This document shows positions 53,441 through 63,180 of a DNA stretch of 64,000 nucleotides, one piece after another (the first letter of the stretch is position 1; every line of letters starts with the position of its first letter). Location of the stretch: positions 282,636-346,635 of the forward strand of contig NZ_JBEXAE010000001.1 in assembly GCF_040566695.1 (NCBI RefSeq), in the 5' to 3' direction. The translations under genes and the position numbers were made by a program. The DNA comes from Sediminicola arcticus. GTDB lineage: Bacteria; Bacteroidota; Bacteroidia; Flavobacteriales; Flavobacteriaceae. Below the pieces are notes generated by a model. That model ran no database searches. It worked only from the letters and a program-made list of their open reading frames with translations, and was not told where the DNA came from.

Positions 53441-54289
53441 ATGTTGGTATTTCAAACCAAAAACGAACTTAAAACATACCTTACTATCAGCAATAGTAAT
53501 GCCAAAAAAATAGGTATGGTACCCACTATGGGTGCATTGCACTTGGGACACGCCTCACTTGTGGAGAAGGCGATATCAGAAAATGACCTAACCGTAGTGA
53601 GTATTTTTGTAAATCCTACCCAATTCAATAATCAGGAAGATCTTTTAAAATACCCCTCAACTTTTGAAAAAGATTCACAACTTTTAAAAAGCATATCTAA
53701 GGATATTATCATTTTTGCACCATCGGTCTCAGAAATGTACTCTGATCATGTTGCTTCAAAGAAATACGATTTCCAAGGATTGGACAAGGTTATGGAAGGT
53801 GCTTTTAGGGAAGGTCATTTTGACGGCGTGGGTACTATTGTAGAATCTCTGTTGTTAACCGCGTCACCGGACAGGGCTTATTTCGGAGAAAAAGATTTTC
53901 AACAACTTCAAATCATCAAAAAATTGGTCCGTCTACAGAACATACCCGTAGCTATTATTGGCTGTCCTATTTTAAGGGAATCCAATGGTTTAGCTATGAG
54001 TTCTAGAAACGAAAGGCTGTCCAAGGAATTAAGAAAAGAAGCGGGTTTTATTTACGAAACCCTAAAGCAAATAAGTGAGAAATTCTCTGAACAAAGTGTG
54101 TTAGCTATTATGGAATGGGCTAAAGACCAGTTCCATTTTCACCCTAATTTGCAATTAGAATATCTACAAATTGCCGAAGAGGATACCTTAAAGCCTATAA
54201 ACATTAAAAGGAAAAATAAAAAATATAGAGCCTTTATTGCAGTTTTTGCCAATGGCGTGCGACTAATAGACAATATCGCTTTAAATTAA
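53441..54289 (+). CDS. panC: Pantoate--beta-alanine ligase
   Basis: PTMGALHLGH HIGH-like motif; 282 aa. Confidence 0.9.
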   Translation: MLVFQTKNELKTYLTISNSNAKKIGMVPTMGALHLGHASLVEKAISENDLTVVSIFVNPTQFNNQEDLLKYPSTFEKDSQLLKSISKDIIIFAPSVSEMYSDHVASKKYDFQGLDKVMEGAFREGHFDGVGTIVESLLLTASPDRAYFGEKDFQQLQIIKKLVRLQNIPVAIIGCPILRESNGLAMSSRNERLSKELRKEAGFIYETLKQISEKFSEQSVLAIMEWAKDQFHFHPNLQLEYLQIAEEDTLKPINIKRKNKKYRAFIAVFANGVRLIDNIALN

Positions 54290-54319
54290 TTAACTTTGCA
54301 GCCTAATTATGTTTGCCCC

Positions 54320-54670
54320 ATGCAAGTAGAAGTAGTAAAATCTAAAATTCACCGAGTAAAAGTTACTGGTGCGGACCTTAATTATATAGGTAGCATAACT
54401 ATTGATGAAGATCTAATGGATGCCGCGAATATGATCAGAGGTGAAAAAATACAAATCGTCAACAACAACAATGGTGAGCGATTGGAAACCTATGCCATTC
54501 CAGGACCAAGAGGATCTGGAGAGCTTACCCTAAACGGCGCTGCAGCCCGAAAGGTCGCCGTTGGTGATGTACTCATCCTTATTGCTTATGGAAGATTGGA
54601 TATAGAAGATGCTAAAAAATTCAATCCTGCCCTGGTGTTCCCAAATGAGGAAACTAATTTGTTGACCTAG
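54320..54670 (+). CDS. panD: Aspartate 1-decarboxylase
   Basis: [10 protein letters not shown]…G-S pyruvoyl-precursor region ([10 protein letters not shown]). Start taken at the Met preceding [10 protein letters not shown]. Confidence 0.85.
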   Translation: MQVEVVKSKIHRVKVTGADLNYIGSITIDEDLMDAANMIRGEKIQIVNNNNGERLETYAIPGPRGSGELTLNGAAARKVAVGDVLILIAYGRLDIEDAKKFNPALVFPNEETNLLT

Positions 54671-54673
54671 ATT

Positions 54674-55639
54674 TTGAAAAATTCCTTAAAGAACAAGTTA
54701 AAGACACTACTCCCAATTGCCTTGGGAGTGTTTTTGGTATGGTATTCCTATTATAACACATCCCCCGATGATAGGGAGCAAATATGGTTTTACATTAAAG
54801 AAGCAGATATTTTTTGGGTTAGTTTGTCAGTTTTGCTAGGTATTTTAAGTCATATTTCTAGGGCTATCCGTTGGAATTTTCTTTTACAACCATTGGGTTA
54901 TAAACCCAAGGTGAGTAATAATGCCCTAATTATTTTAATGGCCTATTTTACCAATTTGGGTATCCCAAGATCTGGCGAAATATTACGAGCAACCGCATTA
55001 ACCACCTACGAAAAGGTCCCTTTCGAAAAAGGCTTTGGCACCATCGTTACTGAAAGAGTGGTAGACTTATTCATGCTCTTAGCAGTTGTAATTACTGCAC
55101 TTTTTTTACAGACAGATGTCATTTTAAATATATTTCAACAAAGGGGTTTTAATCTGACCAGCCTACTGGCACTTTTAAGCATTGGTATCTTTGGAATAGC
55201 CTTATTTCTGCTGTTTATAAAGAAATCAAAATTTCAGTTGGCTCAAAAGATCAAAAGGTTTGTGAAGGGTCTCGTGGAAGGGGTCCTGAGTATCTTTAAA
55301 ATGAAGTACAAATGGGCATTTATATTTCACACCTTATTTATATGGGCCGCCTACGTAGGAATGTTTTGGGTAATTAAATTTACGGTGCCTGAAACCATAG
55401 AGTTAACATTAAGCCAGCTTTTGGTTGCTTTTACGGCTGGTGCATTTGCTATGTCTGCCACAAATGGAGGAGTTGGATTATATCCCATTGCAGTGAGTTC
55501 GTCTTTGGCTGTTTTTGGGATTAGTGAAGTTTCTGGTGATGCTTTTGGATGGATCATGTGGATATCCCAAACCATGATGGTCGTAATCTTTGGGGCAATA
55601 TCTTTTCTTGTCTTACCGTTATTGAACAGAAACCAATAG
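54674..55639 (+). CDS. UPF0104 / lysylphosphatidylglycerol-synthase-TM-like flippase-like membrane protein
   Basis: 321 aa with 8 transmembrane helices. TTG start 3 nt after the panD stop. Confidence 0.6.
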   Translation: MKNSLKNKLKTLLPIALGVFLVWYSYYNTSPDDREQIWFYIKEADIFWVSLSVLLGILSHISRAIRWNFLLQPLGYKPKVSNNALIILMAYFTNLGIPRSGEILRATALTTYEKVPFEKGFGTIVTERVVDLFMLLAVVITALFLQTDVILNIFQQRGFNLTSLLALLSIGIFGIALFLLFIKKSKFQLAQKIKRFVKGLVEGVLSIFKMKYKWAFIFHTLFIWAAYVGMFWVIKFTVPETIELTLSQLLVAFTAGAFAMSATNGGVGLYPIAVSSSLAVFGISEVSGDAFGWIMWISQTMMVVIFGAISFLVLPLLNRNQ

Positions 55640-55667
55640 CTTCCTATTGTTTAAATTCAATTTTATG

Positions 55668-56807
55668 AAACGGTTAACCGCAGTTTTTCTATTGTTCCTA
55701 TGTTTTGGTGTCAACGCCCAAATTACCCAAGAAATTTTTGAATCTTATAAACTTCAAGAAAAAAGGGATGTGAGATATTACATCCCAGAAAACTACACCG
55801 CTGAAAAAAAATACCCGCTAATAGTTGTTTTGGACGCAGAATACCTCTTTGACAACGTTGTTGCCAATGCCAAATTCTACAGTAAATTCAGTGGAATGCC
55901 AGAATCTATTATCGTAGGTGTTGAGCAAAGCAAAAACGGACTGCGTTTTAATGATTGTGGGTTCGATGAAGCATCTGGCTTACCAACAGACGAAGGAAAA
56001 TCTTTTTTTGAATTTTTAGGCATGGAATTAATCCCCTATTTGGATTCCAATTACAGCACGGCTCCCTTTAAAATGTTTGTCGGATATGATATTACGGCTA
56101 ATTTTGGAAACTTTTATCTCTTTAAAGACGAATCCCTTTTTAATGCCTATATCAGCATATCGCCAACCTTGGCTCCGGAAATGGAAAATCGACTCCCGGA
56201 TAGATTAGGTGCAATCGACAAAAAAATATTTTATAGCCTGATTGTTGAAGGCGAAAATACCACTGACAAAAATAGAATTTTGGCCATGGACAAAGCCATT
56301 AAAAACCTAAATAAGGAATCACTTCACTATTTCTTAGACATTTATGAAAATGCAGATCATATTTCTGTAGCCACTTATGGTATAGGCAAGGCATTAGATA
56401 ACATATTCAATATGTTCAAACCTATAAACAAAAAGGAATACAAAGAAAAAATATTGACATCCGAAGAACCAGTCTTTAAATATCTAGAGGATAAGTATAC
56501 CATGATTGCAGATTTATTCGGATTTAAAAAATCCGTGGAGCTCAATGACGTTATGGCTATCTATGCCGCGTGCAGAAAAAAGGAGGATTTGGAATCCCTA
56601 AAAAATCTCGCAGATCTTTGTCAGAAAGAATTTCCAGGGACTATGCTAGGTTTTTATTTCGAAGGGGAATACTATGAGCAATTGGGGGAACCAAAAAAAG
56701 CACTTCGTACGTTCGAAAAGGCCTTTGGTATGGAAGAAATAGATTTTCTAACCAAGGATATGGCACTGGAGAAAATGAATGCCTTAAAAGCGGATTTTGG
56801 GTATTAA
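55668..56807 (+). CDS. Esterase-like alpha/beta-hydrolase-fold protein with a TPR-like C-terminal region
   Basis: Signal peptide and a YPLIVVLDAEY block typical of the putative-esterase family, but no canonical GxSxG motif was found. Confidence 0.45.
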   Translation, partial: KRLTAVFLLFLCFGVNAQITQEIFESYKLQEKRDVRYYIPENYTAEKKYPLIVVLDAEYLFDNVVANAKFYSKFSGMPESIIVGVEQSKNGLRFNDCGFDEASGLPTDEGKSFFEFLGMELIPYLDSNYSTAPFKMFVGYDITANFGNFYLFKDESLFNAYISISPTLAPEMENRLPDRLGAIDKKIFYSLIVEGENTTDKNRILAMDKAIKNLNKESLHYFLDIYENADHISVATYGIGKALDNIFNMFKPINKKEYKEKILTSEEPVFKYLEDKYTMIADLFGFKKSVELNDVMAIYAACRKKEDLESLKNLADLCQKEFPGTMLGFYFEGEYYEQLGEPKKALRTFEKAFGMEEIDFLTKDMALEKMNALKADFGY

Positions 56808-56927
56808 CCTTAAATGATTAACGGTTGACGGTAAAAACATTAGACAATGGTACCACAAACAGCCTAAAAAACAATCCTTCTATTTTCAAAGTTCTTAGTA
56901 CCTTTAACCGGAATCTAATACCGAGGA

Positions 56928-58289
56928 ATGGCCAAAACAAAAACAGCTTTTTTTTGTCAAAATTGCGGAACACAATATGCTAAATGGGTAGGACAATGTT
57001 CAGGATGTAAGGAATGGAATACCATTGTAGAAGAAGTAGTTCAAAAAGAGGAAAAATCGAGCTGGAAAAGTCCAACTAATACTGCAAAAAAAGTTTCGAA
57101 ACCACTTCGGGTCAATGAAATAAATACAGAGAAGGAGCTTCGGTTAGATACCTACGACCTTGAATTTAATCGTGTACTTGGAGGCGGTATTGTTCCGGGT
57201 TCGCTTATCCTTTTAGGCGGTGAACCTGGTATTGGAAAAAGCACACTGCTACTTCAGATTGCCTTAAAATTGCCCTACAAAACACTTTATGTTTCTGGTG
57301 AAGAAAGCCAGAAACAGATAAAAATGCGGGCGGATCGCATTCATCCCAATAGCGAAACCTGCTATATTCTAACAGAAACCAAAACCCAGAATATTTTTCA
57401 ACAAATTGAAGCTACAGAACCTGACATTGTGGTAATAGATTCCATACAGACGCTTCATTCTGATTATATCGAATCTGCAGCAGGCAGTATTTCCCAAATT
57501 AGGGAATGTACCGCTGAACTGATAAAATTTGCCAAAGAGACCAATACTCCCGTCATCTTAATAGGACATATTACAAAAGATGGCACCATTGCTGGACCCA
57601 AAATATTGGAACATATGGTAGATACCGTTCTACAATTTGAAGGGGATCGTAATTATATCTACCGAATCCTTAGGGCACTAAAAAACAGATTTGGATCTAC
57701 AGCAGAACTAGGGATTTATGAAATGCAGGGCAGTGGGTTACGGGAAGTGAATAACCCGTCGGAAATATTAATATCCAAGAATGACGAAGGCCTAAGTGGA
57801 ACTGCCATAGCTTCAACTATAGAAGGTATGAGGCCCTTGATGATAGAAATACAGGCTTTGGTCAGTACGGCAGTATATGGTACACCACAACGCTCCACAA
57901 CAGGCTACAATGCCAAACGCTTGAATATGTTATTGGCTGTATTGGAAAAAAGAGCGGGCTTCAAATTGGGAGCTAAAGATGTGTTTTTAAACATCACTGG
58001 GGGGATCTCAGTAGACGATCCTGCCATTGACTTGGCGGTGGTGGCAGCCATCCTTTCTAGCAACGAGGATATTCCCATTGATAAGGGCATTTGTTTTGCT
58101 GCGGAAATAGGTCTGGCTGGGGAAATTAGACCAGTACAACGGGTAGAACAGCGTATTTTAGAAGCAGAAAAATTGGGGTTTACTGCTATTTACGTCTCCA
58201 AAAACAACAAGATTACCCTCAAAAATACAAAAATAACAATTATGCTTGTCGCCAAAATAGAAGATATAGCAGCAAGCTTATTCGATTAA
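56928..58289 (+). CDS. radA: DNA repair protein RadA
   Basis: Zinc ribbon CxxC…CxxC, Walker A GEPGIGKST, KNRFG motif and a Lon-protease-like C-terminal domain. Confidence 0.95.
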   Translation: MAKTKTAFFCQNCGTQYAKWVGQCSGCKEWNTIVEEVVQKEEKSSWKSPTNTAKKVSKPLRVNEINTEKELRLDTYDLEFNRVLGGGIVPGSLILLGGEPGIGKSTLLLQIALKLPYKTLYVSGEESQKQIKMRADRIHPNSETCYILTETKTQNIFQQIEATEPDIVVIDSIQTLHSDYIESAAGSISQIRECTAELIKFAKETNTPVILIGHITKDGTIAGPKILEHMVDTVLQFEGDRNYIYRILRALKNRFGSTAELGIYEMQGSGLREVNNPSEILISKNDEGLSGTAIASTIEGMRPLMIEIQALVSTAVYGTPQRSTTGYNAKRLNMLLAVLEKRAGFKLGAKDVFLNITGGISVDDPAIDLAVVAAILSSNEDIPIDKGICFAAEIGLAGEIRPVQRVEQRILEAEKLGFTAIYVSKNNKITLKNTKITIMLVAKIEDIAASLFD

Positions 58290-58402
58290 TTCTTATTCCT
58301 ATTTACTCTCATATAAACCAAAATAATAATGATCACCAAGAGGATGAGAACCATTTGTCCTGTACCTATGGCTAAAAACTGTATTCTCTGCGCTGATACC
58401 AT

Positions 58403-59443
58403 TTATGGTGCGGGATTAGGAATCTGATTGTGGATGGACTCTATTCCTTGCATTATCTCTTCGGAAAGTTGCACATCTATACTTGCAATATTTTCTTCCA
58501 ACTGCCTCATGGAAGTTGCTCCAATAATATTGCTTTTTACAAAAGGTTTTGTATTCACAAAAGCCAAAGCCATTTGAGTCAAAGAAAGGTTGTGATCCTG
58601 AGCTAATTTATGGTACATTTCGGTTGCTTTGACCGCGGTGTCCCCACTGTACCTGTTGTAATTTGGGAAAAGGGTTATTCTAGCATTATCAGGGTTTCTC
58701 CCACCTAAATACTTACCACTGAGCACTCCAAAACCTAAGGGAGAGTATGGTATTAATCCAATGTCTTCTCTCATGGAAATTTCGGACATTCCTATTTCAT
58801 AGGTCCTGTTCAATAAACTATAAGGATTTTGAACGGTAATCATTCTTGGCAAACTAGCGTGTACCTTGCTTTCCTCCAAAAAACGCATGGTTCCCCATGG
58901 TGTTTCATTGGAGAGTCCGACATGTCTAATTTTACCCTCCTGTATTAAATCTCTCAAGGTTTCTAGCACTTGATGAATATTATCTTGCCAATGATCCGTT
59001 ATATCATGGGTATAGCCCCTTTGCCCAAAAAAGTTTGTTTTACGTTCCGGCCAGTGCAATTGGTATAGATCGATATAATCCGTCTGCAATCTTTTCAAAC
59101 TTCCTTCTACCGACTCTATGATGGAAGACTTGTCAAAGCCTGTTGTTCTGATAAATTTTGTAAACTCAGCCTTCCCTGCAATTTTGGAAGCCAATATGAC
59201 CTTATCTCTGTTTCCTGTTTTTTTAAACCAGTTTCCTATAATTTTTTCGGTGTCCGCATACCGTTCTTTAGCTGCTGGAATGGGATATAATTCGGCCGTG
59301 TCAAAAAAAGTAACCCCCTTTTCCAATGCATAATCCATTTGTTCATGGCCCTCTGCTTCTGTATTCTGCTTTCCCCAGGTCATAGTACCCAGGCAAATTT
59401 TACTTACTTCTATATTGGTATGGGGAAGTGTAGTATATTCCAT
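58403..59443 (-). CDS. NADP(H)-dependent aldo-keto reductase (Tas-like)
   Basis: 346 aa with AKR catalytic tetrad context (D…Y…K…H). Confidence 0.85.
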   Translation of the reverse strand: MEYTTLPHTNIEVSKICLGTMTWGKQNTEAEGHEQMDYALEKGVTFFDTAELYPIPAAKERYADTEKIIGNWFKKTGNRDKVILASKIAGKAEFTKFIRTTGFDKSSIIESVEGSLKRLQTDYIDLYQLHWPERKTNFFGQRGYTHDITDHWQDNIHQVLETLRDLIQEGKIRHVGLSNETPWGTMRFLEESKVHASLPRMITVQNPYSLLNRTYEIGMSEISMREDIGLIPYSPLGFGVLSGKYLGGRNPDNARITLFPNYNRYSGDTAVKATEMYHKLAQDHNLSLTQMALAFVNTKPFVKSNIIGATSMRQLEENIASIDVQLSEEIMQGIESIHNQIPNPAP

Positions 59444-59480
59444 AAAAATTAAATCTCAATTATTAAAAGTATAAATGTGT

Positions 59481-60257
59481 TTACCCTTGCTTAGTTGGCT
59501 CCAATTCCAATAAAATGGGACAATGATCACTATGCTTGGCCTCCTTTAAGATCACAGATCGCTTTAAACGATTCAACAGTGGCTCGCTGACCATTCCGTA
59601 ATCCAATCGCCAACCTTTGTTATTGGCTCTGGCATTAGCCCTATAGGTCCACCACGTATAATTATCGGGTTCCTTATTAAAATGTCTGAAACTGTCAATA
59701 AAACCGTTCTCTATAAAATCACCAATCCATTCCCGTTCTACAGGTAAAAATCCTGAAACATTCTTATTCCTTACCGGGTCATGGATATCTATTGCCTCGT
59801 GACATATATTATAATCTCCACATATAACAAGATGTGGACGTTCTTTCTTTAAATTGCTGATGTACCCCTGAAAATCGGCCATATACTTCAACTTGTGCTC
59901 TACTCTAGCAATATTAGTCCCTGAAGGCAGGTATAAACTCATTACAGAAACTCCATTAAAATCGGCCCTAATATTTCTGCCTTCAAAATCCATATAATCT
60001 ATACCAGTACCAAAAACAACGTTGTCCGGTTTTTGCTTGGATAAAATAGCAACCCCACTATATCCTTTTTTTTGGGCGCTGTACCAATAATGATATGGAT
60101 ATCCCGCAGCTTCAAAAACCTCTAGGTCCAACTGCTCTTCGTTGGCCTTTATCTCCTGAAGACAAACCACATCTGGATCAACAGCTTGTAACCAATCCAA
60201 AAAACCTTTTTTTAGGGCTGCACGTATCCCATTCACATTGTATGAAACTATTTTCAA
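59481..60257 (-). CDS. xth: Exodeoxyribonuclease III
   Basis: MKIVSYNVNGIRA…CLQE EEP-family start; 258 aa. Confidence 0.9.
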   Translation of the reverse strand: MKIVSYNVNGIRAALKKGFLDWLQAVDPDVVCLQEIKANEEQLDLEVFEAAGYPYHYWYSAQKKGYSGVAILSKQKPDNVVFGTGIDYMDFEGRNIRADFNGVSVMSLYLPSGTNIARVEHKLKYMADFQGYISNLKKERPHLVICGDYNICHEAIDIHDPVRNKNVSGFLPVEREWIGDFIENGFIDSFRHFNKEPDNYTWWTYRANARANNKGWRLDYGMVSEPLLNRLKRSVILKEAKHSDHCPILLELEPTKQG

Positions 60258-60552
60258 ATCGTTGTATATTTAAAAGGAAGGCGGTCAAATCAATAAATAC
60301 CTATTCCCCATAGAATTAATTAGAGACTAAAAATAGACAATGTTTGGAACAAGGGAAAGACAGGATTTTTATTTGTTCTGCTTTTAACTTTTATTTTGGA
60401 TATTCACTTAAAAGATTTCATGATAGCGGGTTTGAACTCCAAAATATCTTTGTACTAGAAGTGCTCTTTTCTTTGTTCACAAACAATTATCAGTTATAAA
60501 ATAAAGTCTTTACTTCCTTTTTTTTAGAAGTAAATAGTCCATAATTTAAATC

Positions 60553-61098
60553 ATGCTTATCTTTCCACAAAAATTAACCAACAACGTGAAAAAACTGCTT
60601 GCCTTTTTATTGATTTCGTCAATCGCAGCAACCGGCTGGTCGCAGGACATGCCAAATGACGAACAAACTACTAATGAATTAAAGCTAAATACCTTTAATC
60701 TAATTGCGTTTAACTTCGTAGATGTCTCTTATGAGAATTTGTTGAACAAAGAGTCATCCTTAGGTATTAGTATTCTATTTAATTTAAGAGAAGACAATGA
60801 TATACTAGATTACTTCAGAAATTTCTCTATCACCCCATACTATAGGCAATACTTTTCTAAACAATATGCTAAAGGATTTTTTGCAGAAGGTTTTGGAATG
60901 TTGAATTCAGGGAAAAGATTTGATGATTCAGATAACTATACTGATTTTGCTTTGGGAATCTCCGTGGGCGGTAAATTTGTAACACAAAAGGGTTTTGTTG
61001 TAGAAATTTATTCTGGTTTAGGAAGAAACCTATTAGAGGATGAATTTGCACCAGAAGTTGTTACTAGAGGAGGAATATCAATGGGATATCGTTTTTAA
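60553..61098 (+). CDS. DUF3575-family protein (putative small outer-membrane beta-barrel)
   Basis: Signal peptide, alternating-polarity strands and a C-terminal …GYRF. Confidence 0.55.
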   Translation: MLIFPQKLTNNVKKLLAFLLISSIAATGWSQDMPNDEQTTNELKLNTFNLIAFNFVDVSYENLLNKESSLGISILFNLREDNDILDYFRNFSITPYYRQYFSKQYAKGFFAEGFGMLNSGKRFDDSDNYTDFALGISVGGKFVTQKGFVVEIYSGLGRNLLEDEFAPEVVTRGGISMGYRF

Positions 61099-63174
61099 AT
61101 GAATTATAAAGTAATTGTTTTAAGTTTTCTTTTTGGATTCCAAGCCATAGGTCAAGAAGTAAAGAAAGATAGTATTACACAACTAGAAGAGGTTATCCTA
61201 TCAGTAAAAAAGATAGCAAATCCGGTCATAGGTATTACTACCACAGACGTTATTGGAGCCACAACCTTCGAAAATTATAGCCCTTTGGATATAGCTTCTT
61301 CCATAAATCAGGTTTCTGGGGTTTATTTATTGTCCGGAGCCCTAAATACCAATAGGATCACCATAAGGGGAATTGGAGCTAGAACACCTTTTGGGACGGA
61401 TAAATTACGTCTTTACTACAACGAAATTCCAATTACCAATGGTGCAGGATTCTCAACTATAGAAGCATTCGATATCGAAAATTTAGGCTCTATTGAAGTC
61501 ATCAAAGGCCCTAAAGGCAGTGCTTATGGTTCTAATTTAGGAGGCGCCATATTATTACAATCTAGAACCCAAAAGAGGGACGGCTCCGTCTTCACCAACA
61601 ATTTCACAGTAGGTTCCTATGAACTCTTAAAAAATAATTTGGATTTTTCCCACCGAGACGGCGACATCGACCTAAGTCTAAAATATGGCCATGTGGAAAC
61701 CGATGGGTATAGGGAAAATAGTCGTTTTGAAAGGGATGCGCTCCTTTTGAACACCTCCTATGAAATAAATGCCCAAAATAAAATTGAACTCTTGGTTAAT
61801 TTTATTGATTATTCAGCACAAATTCCAAGTTCCATTAGTAGGTCAGCTTTTGATGAAGACCCCACCCAAGCTGCCTTTACCTGGGCACAATCCAAGGGTT
61901 TTGAAGCCAATAAATATACTTTATTGGGATTGACCTATAGCCACGCATTTTCTAAAAAACTAGAAAATGCAACCAGTATTTTTTATAGCTATTTGGATCA
62001 TTATGAACCAAGGCCTTTTAACATTCTAGACGAGTACACTAATGGATTTGGATTTAGAACAAACTTTACGGGTAATTTTACCATCCCACTAGGGAAGACT
62101 TTTTATTCCTTTGGTTCCGAATTGTACAAGGACGAGTATCACTGGGCAACCTTTGATAATCTATACCAAGATAATAATGGAAATGGCAGCTTAAAAGGCG
62201 ACCGAATAAGCAATAACAGGGAATTTAGAAGACAATTGAACGTTTTTGGTTCTGTTACCTTGCCATTGTCTTCTAGACTACTTATACAAGCCGGCTTTAA
62301 CATCAACAACACCTCTTATAATTTTCAGGACATCTTTAATACCGCAGAAAATAACAAAAGCGCAGAAAGAGACTTTAAGACCATATTCTTGCCCAACTTA
62401 GATCTAAGCTATGCCTTTTCAGAAAATCATTTATTATACGCCAATATCAGCAAAGGATTCTCTAACCCAAGTCTTGAGGAAACTTTGACCCCAGGAGGAA
62501 TCATCAATCCAGATATTGCACAAGAGACCGGAATCAATTATGAGCTGGGCACCAATTTGTTATTAGTGAACAAAAGACTTCAACTAAAGGTCGCCATCTA
62601 TCAAATGGATATTAAAAATCTGTTGGTGGCACAAAGGGTCGGCGATGATCAATTTATTGGTAAAAATGCTGGAAGAACCAAACACCAAGGCTTGGAACTC
62701 GATATCAATTACAGGTTCAAAATTACATCAAATCTGGCTTTGAGTCCTTTTTTTAGTTATACGCTCAATAATCACAAGTTTAAGGAGTTTGTAGACGGGG
62801 ATAACAATTATTCTGGCAATCCTCTGACAGGAGTGCCAAAAAACAAAATAAATTCTGGGGTACAGTTAAAACATTCCTCTGGATTTTACTGGAACACAAC
62901 ATTACAGTTTATAGATGAAATTCCACTTAACGATGCCACCACATTGTACAGTGAAGCCTTTACCCTTTTAAATACTCGAATGGGTTATTCAAAAGAAATT
63001 TCTAGGAATTTTATTTTTGGAATTGATTTTGGAATGAATAATATTGGAAATATACAATATGCACAATCGGTTTTGATTAATGCGGTTGGATTTGGCGGGG
63101 CAGCGCCTCGATACTACTACCCCGGCAATGCCAGAAATTATTATGGTAGCTTACAGCTAAGTTATAAGTTGTAA
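61099..63174 (+). CDS. TonB-dependent receptor
   Basis: 691 aa with a plug domain (IEVIKGPKGSAYGSN) and 22-strand barrel periodicity. Starts immediately after the DUF3575 gene stop. Confidence 0.8.
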   Translation: MNYKVIVLSFLFGFQAIGQEVKKDSITQLEEVILSVKKIANPVIGITTTDVIGATTFENYSPLDIASSINQVSGVYLLSGALNTNRITIRGIGARTPFGTDKLRLYYNEIPITNGAGFSTIEAFDIENLGSIEVIKGPKGSAYGSNLGGAILLQSRTQKRDGSVFTNNFTVGSYELLKNNLDFSHRDGDIDLSLKYGHVETDGYRENSRFERDALLLNTSYEINAQNKIELLVNFIDYSAQIPSSISRSAFDEDPTQAAFTWAQSKGFEANKYTLLGLTYSHAFSKKLENATSIFYSYLDHYEPRPFNILDEYTNGFGFRTNFTGNFTIPLGKTFYSFGSELYKDEYHWATFDNLYQDNNGNGSLKGDRISNNREFRRQLNVFGSVTLPLSSRLLIQAGFNINNTSYNFQDIFNTAENNKSAERDFKTIFLPNLDLSYAFSENHLLYANISKGFSNPSLEETLTPGGIINPDIAQETGINYELGTNLLLVNKRLQLKVAIYQMDIKNLLVAQRVGDDQFIGKNAGRTKHQGLELDINYRFKITSNLALSPFFSYTLNNHKFKEFVDGDNNYSGNPLTGVPKNKINSGVQLKHSSGFYWNTTLQFIDEIPLNDATTLYSEAFTLLNTRMGYSKEISRNFIFGIDFGMNNIGNIQYAQSVLINAVGFGGAAPRYYYPGNARNYYGSLQLSYKL

Positions 63175-63180
63175 GCGGTA

